Of a DNA stretch of 64,000 bases, positions 24,701 to 35,090 are shown piece after piece. Each line of letters starts with the position of its first letter. The stretch's first letter is position 1. The stretch is taken from positions 41,974,001 through 42,038,000 of the forward strand of contig NC_083237.1 of assembly GCF_032191835.1 (NCBI RefSeq), given 5' to 3'. The notes below the pieces were generated by a model, which did not search any database, was not told the origin of the DNA, and worked only from the letters and a program-made list of their open reading frames with translations. The DNA comes from Heteronotia binoei (taxonomy: Eukaryota). Both the position numbers and the translations under genes were made by a program.

Positions 24701-27623
24701 CGGGGCCTTTAGCCCCTTTCTATTAGCCCGGCCTACTACGGCTGGTGGCTGGTGGGACTGGAGCAACGGTAGTGGCGCCACCGGCCCTCCTTTGGGCTGA
24801 CCGTCCTCGGTCTCCCCCGTCGCCGGCTGCCTTCGACCGGGCCTAATCGAACCAGCAGAAGGAGGCAACAGGAACCAGCCCTGATTAGAAGACTCCGGAG
24901 CGTGAGTATAGAACCCCAACCTAGAGCCTTGAGTACAGGGTGGTGGTACACATCGCCCCCTGCCCTCAACGTTATAGAACCTTGAACACAAGGGCGTGGC
25001 AACTTTTTTTGGGACCTTGTGCTCACCGTAGCTTTCCTCCACGTATAACATTTTGACTGCAGTCATAAGATCCCTCCTTATGAGACCTTAGGGTAGGTGA
25101 CCATACCGGGTCACCTGATGCCCATCTCCAGGGGGGAGGCTGGTAGGAACACCCCGCTGAGCAGCACTCGCAGGACCCCGCAGAGCGCGATTGGTACTCC
25201 TTGCCTTCCGCCTGCGGCCTTCTAACAGTGTCTGATCGACGGAGAAGGGAAGGTATTAGCCCCTTCTGCCGGCGGGCCTTAGTCGGTTCCGCATGCAGCC
25301 GCTGCATTAGGCTACGTGCTGCATTCGAAGAGGGGAAGGGACGAAATCGACCCTTCTGCCTCCTGTAGGGTAATAAGTGAAGAAGAAAAATAAAACGGCT
25401 GAGTCACCCGCCAGGGAGAGGCCGCCTCTTCTTCCATTTGGAGAAACATTTTGTGTTTAATGTTTAGGGAAATTGTGTGTCCAATATGTCTATAATGTTT
25501 TGTCTGTCTGGTTAACCATCAGAGATTTATACTCTGGGGGACGCCCCTGTTTTTGTGCTTGCCATCCTGACCTAGGTTTTAGGCAAGGTGACCGACTTTT
25601 CTCCCGGAGAAAAGAGGAACTAAAAAAAAAAAAAGTGAGGAAAGAAAGGAGGTTTTGTGCCTCCCCAGAAGCTGAGAGTTTTGCTAGCGTAATATACTCT
25701 GTCTGGTGTGCCTGATGTGTGCTTGATGCGTGACTGAGACGACACCCAGTGTCGCGGCGAAAGTTGACCTCCGAGTCGCTCATGTCCGGTGCAAACTGGC
25801 AGCAAAAGCAGGGCCACAATTGCCTAGGCTCCCATATGTGTTCTCCCTCCCTCACTAACTGTTTTAGTTCTCCTGTCTGTCTCAACGGGGGGGGGGGCAC
25901 ATTCCCTTTGTCCTTACGACAGAGCAGACCATGACCTATGGACACCAGGTGCTAGGTTCCACTATTTAGTTGGTCCCTGGGTACGCACCCCGCATAAATT
26001 ATCCCTTCAGTGGGAGGAGACCCTCTGTTATCACCTAAAAATTCAACTGTGGGAAGGGTCCAATGGTACAACAACTGGGTGGCTCATAACACGACGCACT
26101 AGGCATCTTGTTGGGCGCTCCAAGAACTTTTGGAGGTCATTTTGGGCACGCTGGTACTTCTTTAGGCAGAAGGCGGGCGATCGTATTAACGCCTGGACAA
26201 TAAATCGCCGCACTGCCCAGCCCGTGCGAAATAAGGGGCCTGTAAGGTGGGGAGATGTAGATTGGGCTCCCCTGCTTGCACAGGATCCCCAAGCCTTGGA
26301 GCATTTCCATTACCTGCATTGCGACCACTGTAATTAGCGGATTACTCCCACAGCCCGTGGGTCACCACCTTAGCCATAGGGTGTGACCCCTTTGCTACTA
26401 GGATCACCCCCGGTCCATATTTGGAGCCTGATGCGGAGGAGCAGCCGTGGCTGCCACCCCTCCCCAGCGCTGAGCCGGAACGACCAGCCTTATTGGAGCC
26501 CCCGTCAGAGGTTCCGCAGGTTGGGTGAATACCCCGGGATTGCTGACCCTCTGCTGGTGCACTCTAATACACCATAGGCACAATATTCGCCTGTGGAAAG
26601 GGGAACAGGGGGAGACAATTGCTTGGTTTATGAAAAGCAAGATCAGGGGGCCGGCTTGCACTTGTGTAAGTTTCGGCTGGGCAGGATGCTACTTCCTGAG
26701 AAGAACTCAGGAGGGCCCCCTGTTAGCATGGGAAATTAGAGGTCGGACTGCCATCCCGGCAAGAGTGGCAACAGGACCACCACCTCGGCTTAGGCCGCCA
26801 TTAAGAATTTGACAGAGATGTTGCGGGCATGGCCTCGTACTACTGAAAGTAGCTTTCAGTCAAAGGGCTGCTTGGTGTGATGTGAAATATGTCTGCAGTC
26901 TTGCATAACTTTGGCCTCGCTCAGAAAAACGGGAAGTGCGAGTGTGAATAAGCTACCTAGCAACTTGCAATAAAAATGTATGTGTTTTACCCCGGGAGAA
27001 AAATCCTGGAGACAACCCCCAAAGATTATTAACCAGGAAAACTGCTTTATTTTGTTTTATGATTGCAATAATACTGCCGTGTGAGGCCATGTAAAAGAGC
27101 ACCTAAAAGCATTACTCATGTCACATTTGTGTTTTGATATGCTTCCCAGTTCAATTAAGTACATTGATGTGTAACTTTAAGTAGTATGTGGTTGCCAGAT
27201 ATATTATTTTTTTGGACGGGCGTTTCAGTCTTAGGACAAGGCCATTGTAGTTTGAGTGGTATGTAATTGCCGGATGAAACATCTCTGAATGGCCACCTCT
27301 TGGACAAGGCACTTTTAGTTAAGGAACCCCTTGGGAATCAAATGTTAAGATATAGAGCAGTGTTTTCTGCTGCCCCTTGTAGGGAGCTGGTCCTTTAAGC
27401 CCAATGCAAGGCTCCCAGTCTTTCTTGTCATTCAGACCTTTTTAGAATTTTACCCTTGTCCCCTGCCCCTTGCATCGGTTGGCACAGGAAAACCCCGGTA
27501 GCCATGTGCTGCTTGAGTATTTTCTTATAAGCCTAGTCATGTGATGCCCTTTCCCAATTTCCGACCCATGGCTGGGCTTGTGAGAGAGTATTTAGGCAGC
27601 ATCTATGTTAGCTGTAAGGAGGT

Positions 27624-28217
27624 ATGTATCAGGAGATAGAGGTTGCCTTGAATGTTATCACCTTTTACCTCTACGATTGGCTCCCATGGAGGCGGGTTGA
27701 CCATTTTAGTAAAGAATTAGAGCAGTTACTCAAGAGAAGATATGAAGGTCACTGGTACCCAGAGACGCCCCTGAAGGGGTCCGCCTATCGCTGCATTTGC
27801 ATTGGGAAGACACAAGACTCTGTAGTAGAATTAGCTGCCAGAAGAAGTGGACTGACTGTAGGGGATGTCCAGGACAGCATTCCTGCAGAATTGATTGTGT
27901 GGATTGACCCATTTGAAGTCTCCTACCAATTTGGGGAAGAAGGGCCAGTCGAGACCGTGTGTCTAAAGGACAATAAAGGCTGCAGCACAGCCGAGGGTCA
28001 GGGCAAAAGCAGAAGCAGGCTCAACCCTGAGGCTCAGGCGTTTGTCCCCACTAGAAGTCAGAAAACCTTCTTGTCCAGCTCCCCACCTCCATCTTCGGAC
28101 CAATCCTTTTGTCCGACTTTTACCGTCGCTACTTTTGCAGCTACCAAGTTTGGCTCTACTAAAGTGAAGAAAAGCAGCAGAAAGTTGAATTGGGGTATTG
28201 TCCACCCAGCAAAATAA
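27624..28217 (+). CDS. TOB2: Captured TOB2-like BTG/Tob protein (197 aa), C-terminally truncated
   Basis: [11 protein letters not shown]...LP.RR...[26 protein letters not shown] (Box A), [22 protein letters not shown] (Box B), PAM2-like [10 protein letters not shown], Tob motif [13 protein letters not shown]; [14 protein letters not shown] and PLKGS favour TOB2 over TOB1 (compared with human sequences recalled from memory). Confidence 0.9.
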   Translation: MYQEIEVALNVITFYLYDWLPWRRVDHFSKELEQLLKRRYEGHWYPETPLKGSAYRCICIGKTQDSVVELAARRSGLTVGDVQDSIPAELIVWIDPFEVSYQFGEEGPVETVCLKDNKGCSTAEGQGKSRSRLNPEAQAFVPTRSQKTFLSSSPPPSSDQSFCPTFTVATFAATKFGSTKVKKSSRKLNWGIVHPAK

Positions 28218-28307
28218 AAAGGTAAAAAGTAAAAGTTGCTTAAATAAGTTTTTGTTTCTGTACAGCTTGCTGGAAAATAAGGGAAAAAGGCATCAACGGA
28301 TCAGAAA

Positions 28308-29081
28308 ATGGCAGAAAGGATGTCACCATCCCCGTCACCGAGGCCTATGCAAGAGGCCCAGGTAGATGTTTGCCTTGATTGGAGCAGTGAGCTGGAAGAA
28401 AATAAAGTTGTTCGTAAAGGACGAGCCAGAAAGACAGCGGCTCTAACCGAGAACGGGTCCGGGAAGAAGCCTGGGAAAAAAGCCGTTGCGAAAGTCTACC
28501 ACCTCCAAATCGAGGGGCTGAGACGGTTTCTTATGTTTAAGAAGCTGAATGAGGCTCTGGAGTTTAAAGATGCCCAGGAAGACCTTGAAACGGGGAGGAA
28601 GACCTCGAAGGGTCGTGGTGGAGGCAGAAGCCCCCCAGACGATCAAGAAAAAACGAGACCCCGACTTCCGGGTAGGCCAAGGGCCATGCGACCATCATTG
28701 GCACACGACGAGTGCGCCTTTTGCCTCGAGAGGGGGCACTGGATCCATTCGTGCCCAGACGCCCCTCCCCAATTTCGAGACAGAGGAAGAGGCCGAAGGG
28801 GAGTGCTCGACCACCACTGGCATGCGATGCGTGAACCTAGGGTCATGAAAGTAGCCACGGGATGGTATCTCGCCCCCTACAAGTGGGACCACACAGCTTG
28901 GAACGAGGTCTCAGACGTAAGAGCTGCAATTGAAGCGACACCAGAGAGAGATGACCACGGAGGCGGAGGAGATACAGACGAAGCAGCTGACCCAGCCCCC
29001 GAACCAGATGGGAGTCCACAAGAGCCTCTCCAGAAGGAAGAGAGCCCAGAAGAAAGCTCGGAGGAAAATTCTAATTGTTAA
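28308..29081 (+). CDS. 257-aa gag nucleocapsid-like protein with one CCHC zinc knuckle, basic N-terminal half and acidic tail
   Basis: LAHDECAFCLERGHWIHSCP (C-X2-C-X4-H-X4-C; compare gammaretroviral DQCAYCKE.GHW..DCP); good Kozak context (aaaATGg); acceptor ttttgtttctgtacAG at 28264-28265. Confidence 0.72.
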   Translation: MAERMSPSPSPRPMQEAQVDVCLDWSSELEENKVVRKGRARKTAALTENGSGKKPGKKAVAKVYHLQIEGLRRFLMFKKLNEALEFKDAQEDLETGRKTSKGRGGGRSPPDDQEKTRPRLPGRPRAMRPSLAHDECAFCLERGHWIHSCPDAPPQFRDRGRGRRGVLDHHWHAMREPRVMKVATGWYLAPYKWDHTAWNEVSDVRAAIEATPERDDHGGGGDTDEAADPAPEPDGSPQEPLQKEESPEESSEENSNC

Positions 29082-29881
29082 AACCTTGATGTGAAGCCAC
29101 AAAGAGGGGACCCCTTTTGAAGTAACTTTGATTTATTTGCTTTTTGGCGCTTAAAAAACAATGCTTTTTCTTGCTAGCAATAGCTCTATGCAGAAGATTT
29201 GTTTGCCCATGAATCAAGCTAATCAGGAAAATCCCTGGGGAGAGTAGGTAGTGAAAATGTGTCCCAAGCTAGTTTTAGCTTGACGCATTGCCCAGTGCCT
29301 TGTCCATATTGAATTTTTGTTCATAGTAAGATATTTAGCAAAAGTAAGACAAAAGATTTAGTTCTTTGTGATTTTATTCATGAAAGGCCCTTTGGAAAAA
29401 TTGTTAAAATGAGAAAACCCAGCCCCAGAAAGAAATGTTATATGCTATGATGATAGGATAGGCTTGTATTGAACCTGACTTTGTTTTGCTATGCAGTTTT
29501 AATCAAAGTTTTCCTAGATAGGCTTTTCAGGTGCAGTTTTGCTCCCAGACCTGATTATTTGAAGCCCGACCTCTGGACCTCACTCACCAGCAGCAGTGAG
29601 GTTCCACAGGCAACGCCCTCTGGATCCTGGCCTACCGGAAATGGCAGGATTCTACAGGCATCGGAGACGACTCCCCTAGCTGCAGTCACACAGGAGCTGA
29701 TTGCTCTATGCTCAGGGAGAAGAAATTCCTCAAGCAACAGCCAGCTGATCGAGTTAAGAGATCCATGATTGGACCTGTTCCAGGCTTAGGGACTGTAGTA
29801 ATGTAATGGTGCAGTCCTGGGGTCTGGAGCGGGCCTGGCAAATGGTTATAAGTAATTCAAACTCCGTTTGAAAGAGGGGAA

Positions 29882-30667
29882 TATAGCAGTGGATCAAAAA
29901 GAACAAATTTATATCAATATCTAATCAATATATATGGCTCAGCAATGCTTGGAATGAATAGGGCAAAATAGCAATGTTTTTAGGAATCTTTGTGTGGCTC
30001 TACATGGGTGCAAGGGAAGCCAGCTAGGTGACAGATAGTGAAATTTGTAACTTCCCTAGCAAAACCGCAGAGAGAGAGGTTGCTAAGAGATGCAGGCAGC
30101 CGGCGTGCTGCCAAAGAAACTTCCTTTTTTTCTATAAGACAGTAGAAACAAATGTATGCAGGCTGGCAGAATATATAATCTGAAGAAACAGTAGTTATGA
30201 GAGAAATAACATGATTAGAAAAGCTTTAGGTAGATTTTAGAGTGTTTTAAGCATAAAAAATGTATGAGAAATAGTGTGTACCAGTGACAAGCATGATGCT
30301 ATTTAGAAAAGCAGAAGTTGCAGCTGGCAACGAGAAAAGGCCCATATAAGGTAAACCAGCCCAGGAAGATGAAGTAACAGACTGGCACACCACACAAGTT
30401 GTGGTCGAAGCGTGTTTTTGTCAGTGTCCCAGGGACCTGGGAAGCTGAGATGTTTTAGGTAGTGAGTGGGTGGAGACACCCTATAAAGGACGGCAGGTAA
30501 CTGCAGTCATTGCTCAGAGCTTAGAGTCCACACTCTCTCTGAAGCCCGTGTGCAAGGGCCCGTGCACGTTAAATAAAGAACGCTGTTTTCCTGATTCCTC
30601 GTCTCCGCTGCCTCCATTATTGATCCGGCTGAAATTGGTAACGTATAAATAGGTTTTTCCCGTTACA
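29882..30667 (+). repeat. 3' LTR
   Basis: Collinear with the 5' LTR at offset 5990, no indels; preceded by PPT 29870-29881; TATAAA 30482-30487. Confidence 0.95.
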
Positions 30668-31709
30668 CCAGCTCTTTGAAAAAAACAGGATTTTTGATTT
30701 TTCATAATTAATTACCAGTCCATTCAATCTACAGTATTGGTGAAAGGCTTTCAAGTATTTTTGGAAGCCACTTCTGGTACGTGAAAGAATAATGGTGTCA
30801 TCAGCATATAGCAGTAAGGGCACTGCTAATTATTCTAAGAAGGGAGGGTGTCCATTCACAGCAGACATATGTTGGTTCAAGTCATTCAGAAACAGATTAA
30901 AGAGATAAGTCACATGAACACAGTCCTGTTTTACTCCTTTAATAATTGGAAAACTGGAAGAGAGTTGACCATCAGGGGATACTTTAATAACACTCGAGGT
31001 AGCATCATGTAGTTGAAATATTTGAAGACCAAGATATCTCAATAGAGTGCAGAGAAGAATTTACCTTTTCAATCAATTCAAAATGGCCTCCTGTGAGTCC
31101 CGAGGAAATAATTGATTTAATCTCTGAACTGAAGACTGGCAAGGCCCCTGGTCTAGATGGGATTCCAGCTGAACTCTTTAAGAAGTATATGAACTGGTGG
31201 GCTATTCCACTGGCAAACCTATTTACTCTTATTGACCATAACGGAAACATCCCTGAGTCCTGGTTAAGATCATTAATATGCCCAATATACAAAAAAGATA
31301 ATTCGGCTTCCCCTGGAAACTATCACCCAATCAACCTACTTTCCATCTCATGTAAGCTGTATTCTAAACATCCTATTAAATTGGTTAACCAAAGAGAAGA
31401 TAATTGGTCCGGAACAAATTGATTTCCTCAAAGGGAAATCTACAATTGATCATTGTTCCACCCTTGCCTTCATGGCAGATAAATATCTGAAGCCTAAAAG
31501 AGGGAAATTGCATGTAGCCTTATTAACTGATTAAATATCTCTGATTATAGCAATTCTGTATGCATTCATAACATACACTGACTGTGATCCAGATAAAGCA
31601 TACTTAACCATTTTGCAGGAAAAGGTAGCATTTTAACACAGTCCCAGAACTTGCATTAATCACTTCTCTTCCTTCTTTTATTCTACCCCCCCCCCCCAAT
31701 ATACAAGGA

Positions 31710-31860
31710 CTTCTTTACCTTTCTCTGATCCTTTCAAGCAGTTCTATTTTCTTAATGCTAAGGTTTACATCAATCCATTATAACATGCCTGTCTCTGTAG
31801 AATTATTTGTATTCTACACTGAGGTAGAAAATGTCCCTTGACATTTCTGATAATGAATGT
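31710..31860 (-). promoter_or_regulatory. OR upstream module copy 4 (donor GT at 31718-31717; TCCCTTGA 31834-31841; TAATGA 31851-31856); no OR CDS seen downstream
   Basis: Direct paralogy to the 16.4-16.7 kb module. Confidence 0.6.
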
Positions 31861-33747
31861 TCTAATTTGTAGACAAAGATAAAGAATTTAAAGAATTAAG
31901 TTTTACATAAGGGACTGAGGCCTTAGTTAAGTAACAAAAATAAGCTTTTCAATTCTCAATGATCCAGAAAATCACAAAGAAATGTTTGAAGATCTGTCTC
32001 TTTTCTGTTCCTTCTGGGTTCTCTAATTTCCCCATTTCATTCTACCAACTTATTAATTAACATCATGCTTTATCCCTTTCCTAGGCATATCACCTATATG
32101 CACTGGGTATATTTTTAGGATCTATGTTTGGTTTTAGATAGATTGAGGGAAGAGATCTGTAATTTTTGATCATTCCATATTTGAGTATAAAAATGTAATC
32201 TTATAGAGGAGAGCAGTTTCAGTAATTGATCTGGAAATGTGGAATACCTTTCCCAAAAATTTACTTGATAGCACCCTTCTATATGTGTTGGAGGACAGTA
32301 AAAGTGCATTTTTGTTTATTTGTTCCATGTGCACTAGTCATCATTTATTTCCATTTGCTTTTGCACTATAATATCCTACATGCTAATTAGCTTTGGGTTT
32401 TCCTTAAAATCACAGAATCTGACATGGTCTTGAAACTGATAAAAAAAAAGCACAGAGTGAGCCATATCAGTACTATCCAAGTTCAGAAGCACATGAGGAA
32501 GTGTGCACACACATGAAATTTCACACCTGGAATAAAGCTTTGTTGGTTTTAAAGGTGCCATTGGAACTTTGTTCCAGAGTTTCCAGTGTTTCTCTGCATT
32601 GCTGCAATTGTTTTGAATCTCTGACAAGAAAATTCCTGGGGTCCCAAGATCACTGCACAATCAGCCATGAGGTTTGGTTGGATAGAGTGAGGACAGAACT
32701 TCTTGCACTTACTCATTTTGTTTCCCTTGCCCTCCAAGGCTGTTCCTATTTGTGGGGCCAAGATTCTAGGAATGATCCTTCTAGAAGTCATCAGTACAAA
32801 GAAATGTGGGGAAAACAACACCTTCTGCAAAGATGTTGAAGGCTAGTGGGATACTACCCAGTATATGAAAAAAAAAACCATTCCTTTTAAGCTAAATACA
32901 TGAACATATTTTATTGCAAAAACTGAACTTCATTTTTACAAATCACAACACTAATAAAGCTAAGAATGGTAATGAGATGACAGTATGGTGTTATTTGAAT
33001 AGTTGATCTATGTCAGAATTATTATATATGCTAACATCTTTAATGAGCAGGAGGAGCCTGGCAGTCCAGCTATGAATGATCCACCATAGCTTCAAACATG
33101 CCCAGTAGCATTCACTATCCTTGTTTGTTCTTCCCTGCATATAAAATGTACTGATAGGTGGAAAACCCAATCCCAATGGACTTCAAGGCTGCCATCAGGT
33201 TTGGAAAGATGTTGCTCAGCACCAGAGAGCTCCTTTCTAAACCCACCACACTGTAAGACCTATGATGGGTTGTTCTAAACACATGCTATCTCACATTTCA
33301 TGCTTCAGGTGCTTGCCAATAATCCTTACTTATCATGAGCAACACACCCTATCCCTGAAACCTTAGTTATGACCTAAATCAGTGGTGGTGAACCTATGGC
33401 ATGGGTGCCAGAGGCGGCACTCGGAGCCCTCTCTGTGGGCACGCGCACTCCTCCCCATGCACGAGGCTCTGGAGTCATATCTCATTGAAGCTCCTCCTCT
33501 CCCCAACCTCAGTCTCCTTCCCCCAAAACTTCAGGTATTTCCCAACCCAAACCTGGCAACCCTAGCTGGGCCTCCTTCATAAAGACAACAGGGCATTCCA
33601 ACCTTTTTGAGCTTGTGGGCACCTTTGGAATTCTGATGTGTGTGTGTGTGGGGGGGGGGTACAACCACAATGCACAACACACAGAGGAAAATTCTTTGCA
33701 GGTGTCTCTGCAGTTTTAGGGAGGGGGTTAGATGGGACCCACTAGGG

Positions 33748-34050
33748 CAGGTGTGGCCAAACTTGCTTAACATAAGAGCCACATAGAATAAATGTCAGAT
33801 GTGTGAGAGTCACCAGACATGAACGCTAGATGTCTGAGAGAAGGAAGGAAGGAAAATAGGTGGGGAGGGAGAGAGAGAGGTGGAAACAAAGCAACTTGAA
33901 CTTTAAATGCATTCTCCAAGCCACTGGCTGGCTTGGCTTGAAGAAGTGGTTTAAAGAGACAAATGCCTTCTCTGGTGGGGGCTTCAAGGGCCACACGATG
34001 TGTGTGAAAGAGCCACATGTGGCTCCTGAGCCACAGTTTGGCCACCCTTG
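33748..34050. mobile_element. hAT MITE (another hAT-like left-end fragment begins at 33380)
   Basis: TIRs CAGGTGTGGCCAAAC / GTTTGGCCACCCTTG; TSD cactaggg / cactagag (7/8). Confidence 0.75.
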
Positions 34051-34794
34051 CACTAGAGAGATGGGTATAAGGCAGCTTCATGTTTTCATGTGGCCAAGAC
34101 CTCGTTGCGTTTCATATTTCAAAACTGTTGTGGTACGGTCCAAGCCGAAGGGAAGAAGAGAGCATGGGTGTGTGGGGATGGTGGGGGGGGGGGGAGATCA
34201 GGACCTTGAATCAAGCACTTTTTTTAAGGGATGTGGATTTATTATAGGAAATGTTGGATCCCACTAATCTGGCAGAAACAGCGGCCGGGATCGCTTCTGG
34301 TATAGGAGTAGAAAGGGAAGAACTGCAGGTTTCCTTGCTTTCAAATACAATGCTTCTGATAGCAGTATCTGAGCAGAGCTCTTTCAAGCTACAGGGACCA
34401 TAAGGCAAATAGTTGATAAGCTGTTTTTGAACTGTTGCACTGCTGTTCTGGTTTTTCCAGAGCATCCCTGTTTGTCCAGCCGCTGCTTAAAGACTCCCAG
34501 TGAGGAGGTTGATTGCACTGTTGATCAACTCTTACTGTTAAAAAGCTTTTCCTATGCCAGTCCTCTCCTCTGCTGCCAGAAGGAACAACTCCCTGCCCTC
34601 CTCTAAGTGGCAGCCCTTCTAATACTTCAAAAGACCAATCATGTCTCCCCACAACTTCCTCTTCTCCAGACTGAATATCCCCAAGTCCCTTAGCCTTTCC
34701 TCATTGGGCTTGCTCTCCATGGTTACTTGGAAGTAATCTACAGTGAGCACTGTGGCACTGACCCTCTACACATGCACAGGATTGCAGTTGTAGT

Positions 34795-35090
34795 TTAAAG
34801 AAAAAAGAAGATATTGGATTTATATCCTGCTCTTCACTCTGAATCTCAGGGTCTCAGAACAGATCACAATCTCCTTTCTCTTCCTCCACCACAACAGAGA
34901 CCCTGTGAGGTAAGTGGGGCTGAGAGAAGCTCTCCCAGAAGCTGCCTTTTCAAGGACAGCTCTTTGATAACTATGGCTGACCCAAGGCCATTCCAGCAGC
35001 TGAAAGTGGAGGAGTGGGGAATCAAACCTGGTTCTTCCAGATAAGAGACCATGCACTTAACCTCTTCACCATGCACTTAACCTCTACACC
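34795..35090 (-). mobile_element. tRNA-derived SINE with L2-type tail (Squam3-like)
   Basis: Minus-strand head ggttaagtgcatggtctcttatctgg...ggtttgattccccac (B-box-like); body shared with the 62.7-kb copy. Confidence 0.75.

Larger units (their letters stand above)
23892..30667 (+). mobile_element. Non-autonomous ERV-like (class I/gamma-like) LTR element carrying a captured TOB2-like gene
   Basis: Two 786-bp LTRs with 10 substitutions; 4-bp TSD CCAG (23888-23891, 30668-30671); PBS-Gly; PPT gaaagaggggaa; no pol or env motifs seen. Confidence 0.93.
22599..31521 (-). mobile_element. Non-LTR retrotransposon (RTE-X/L1-like RT with C-terminal Cys-His motif), 5'-inverted, interrupted by a hAT MITE and the LTR element
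   Basis: Minus: GVKQDC..LFNLFLNDL, LLYADDTIIL, YKHLGITF, RLCPC...HIILECP, AATAAA and (CTGAA)n tail; plus 31050-31521: KAPGLDGIPAELFK, PIYKK...NYHPINLL, GKSTIDH; 22-bp TSD attaactgattaaatatctctg at 22577-22598 and 31522-31543. Confidence 0.88.

Noticed and set aside
27615-27623. Perfect Shine-Dalgarno-like TAAGGAGGT directly before the TOB ATG
   Set aside because: Vertebrate retroelement context and zero spacing; treated as coincidence, not bacterial origin
27624-28217. The native TOB2 locus
   Set aside because: It lies between paired LTRs with PBS, PPT and TSD, is truncated, and sits in an OR cluster rather than the usual TOB2 neighbourhood
29469-29768. Possible env remnant ORF before the 3' LTR
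   Set aside because: TTG start; no furin site, immunosuppressive domain, CX6CC or transmembrane helix recognisable
32500-33300. Short ORFs that might be a processed pseudogene
   Set aside because: No recognisable protein family in any frame examined
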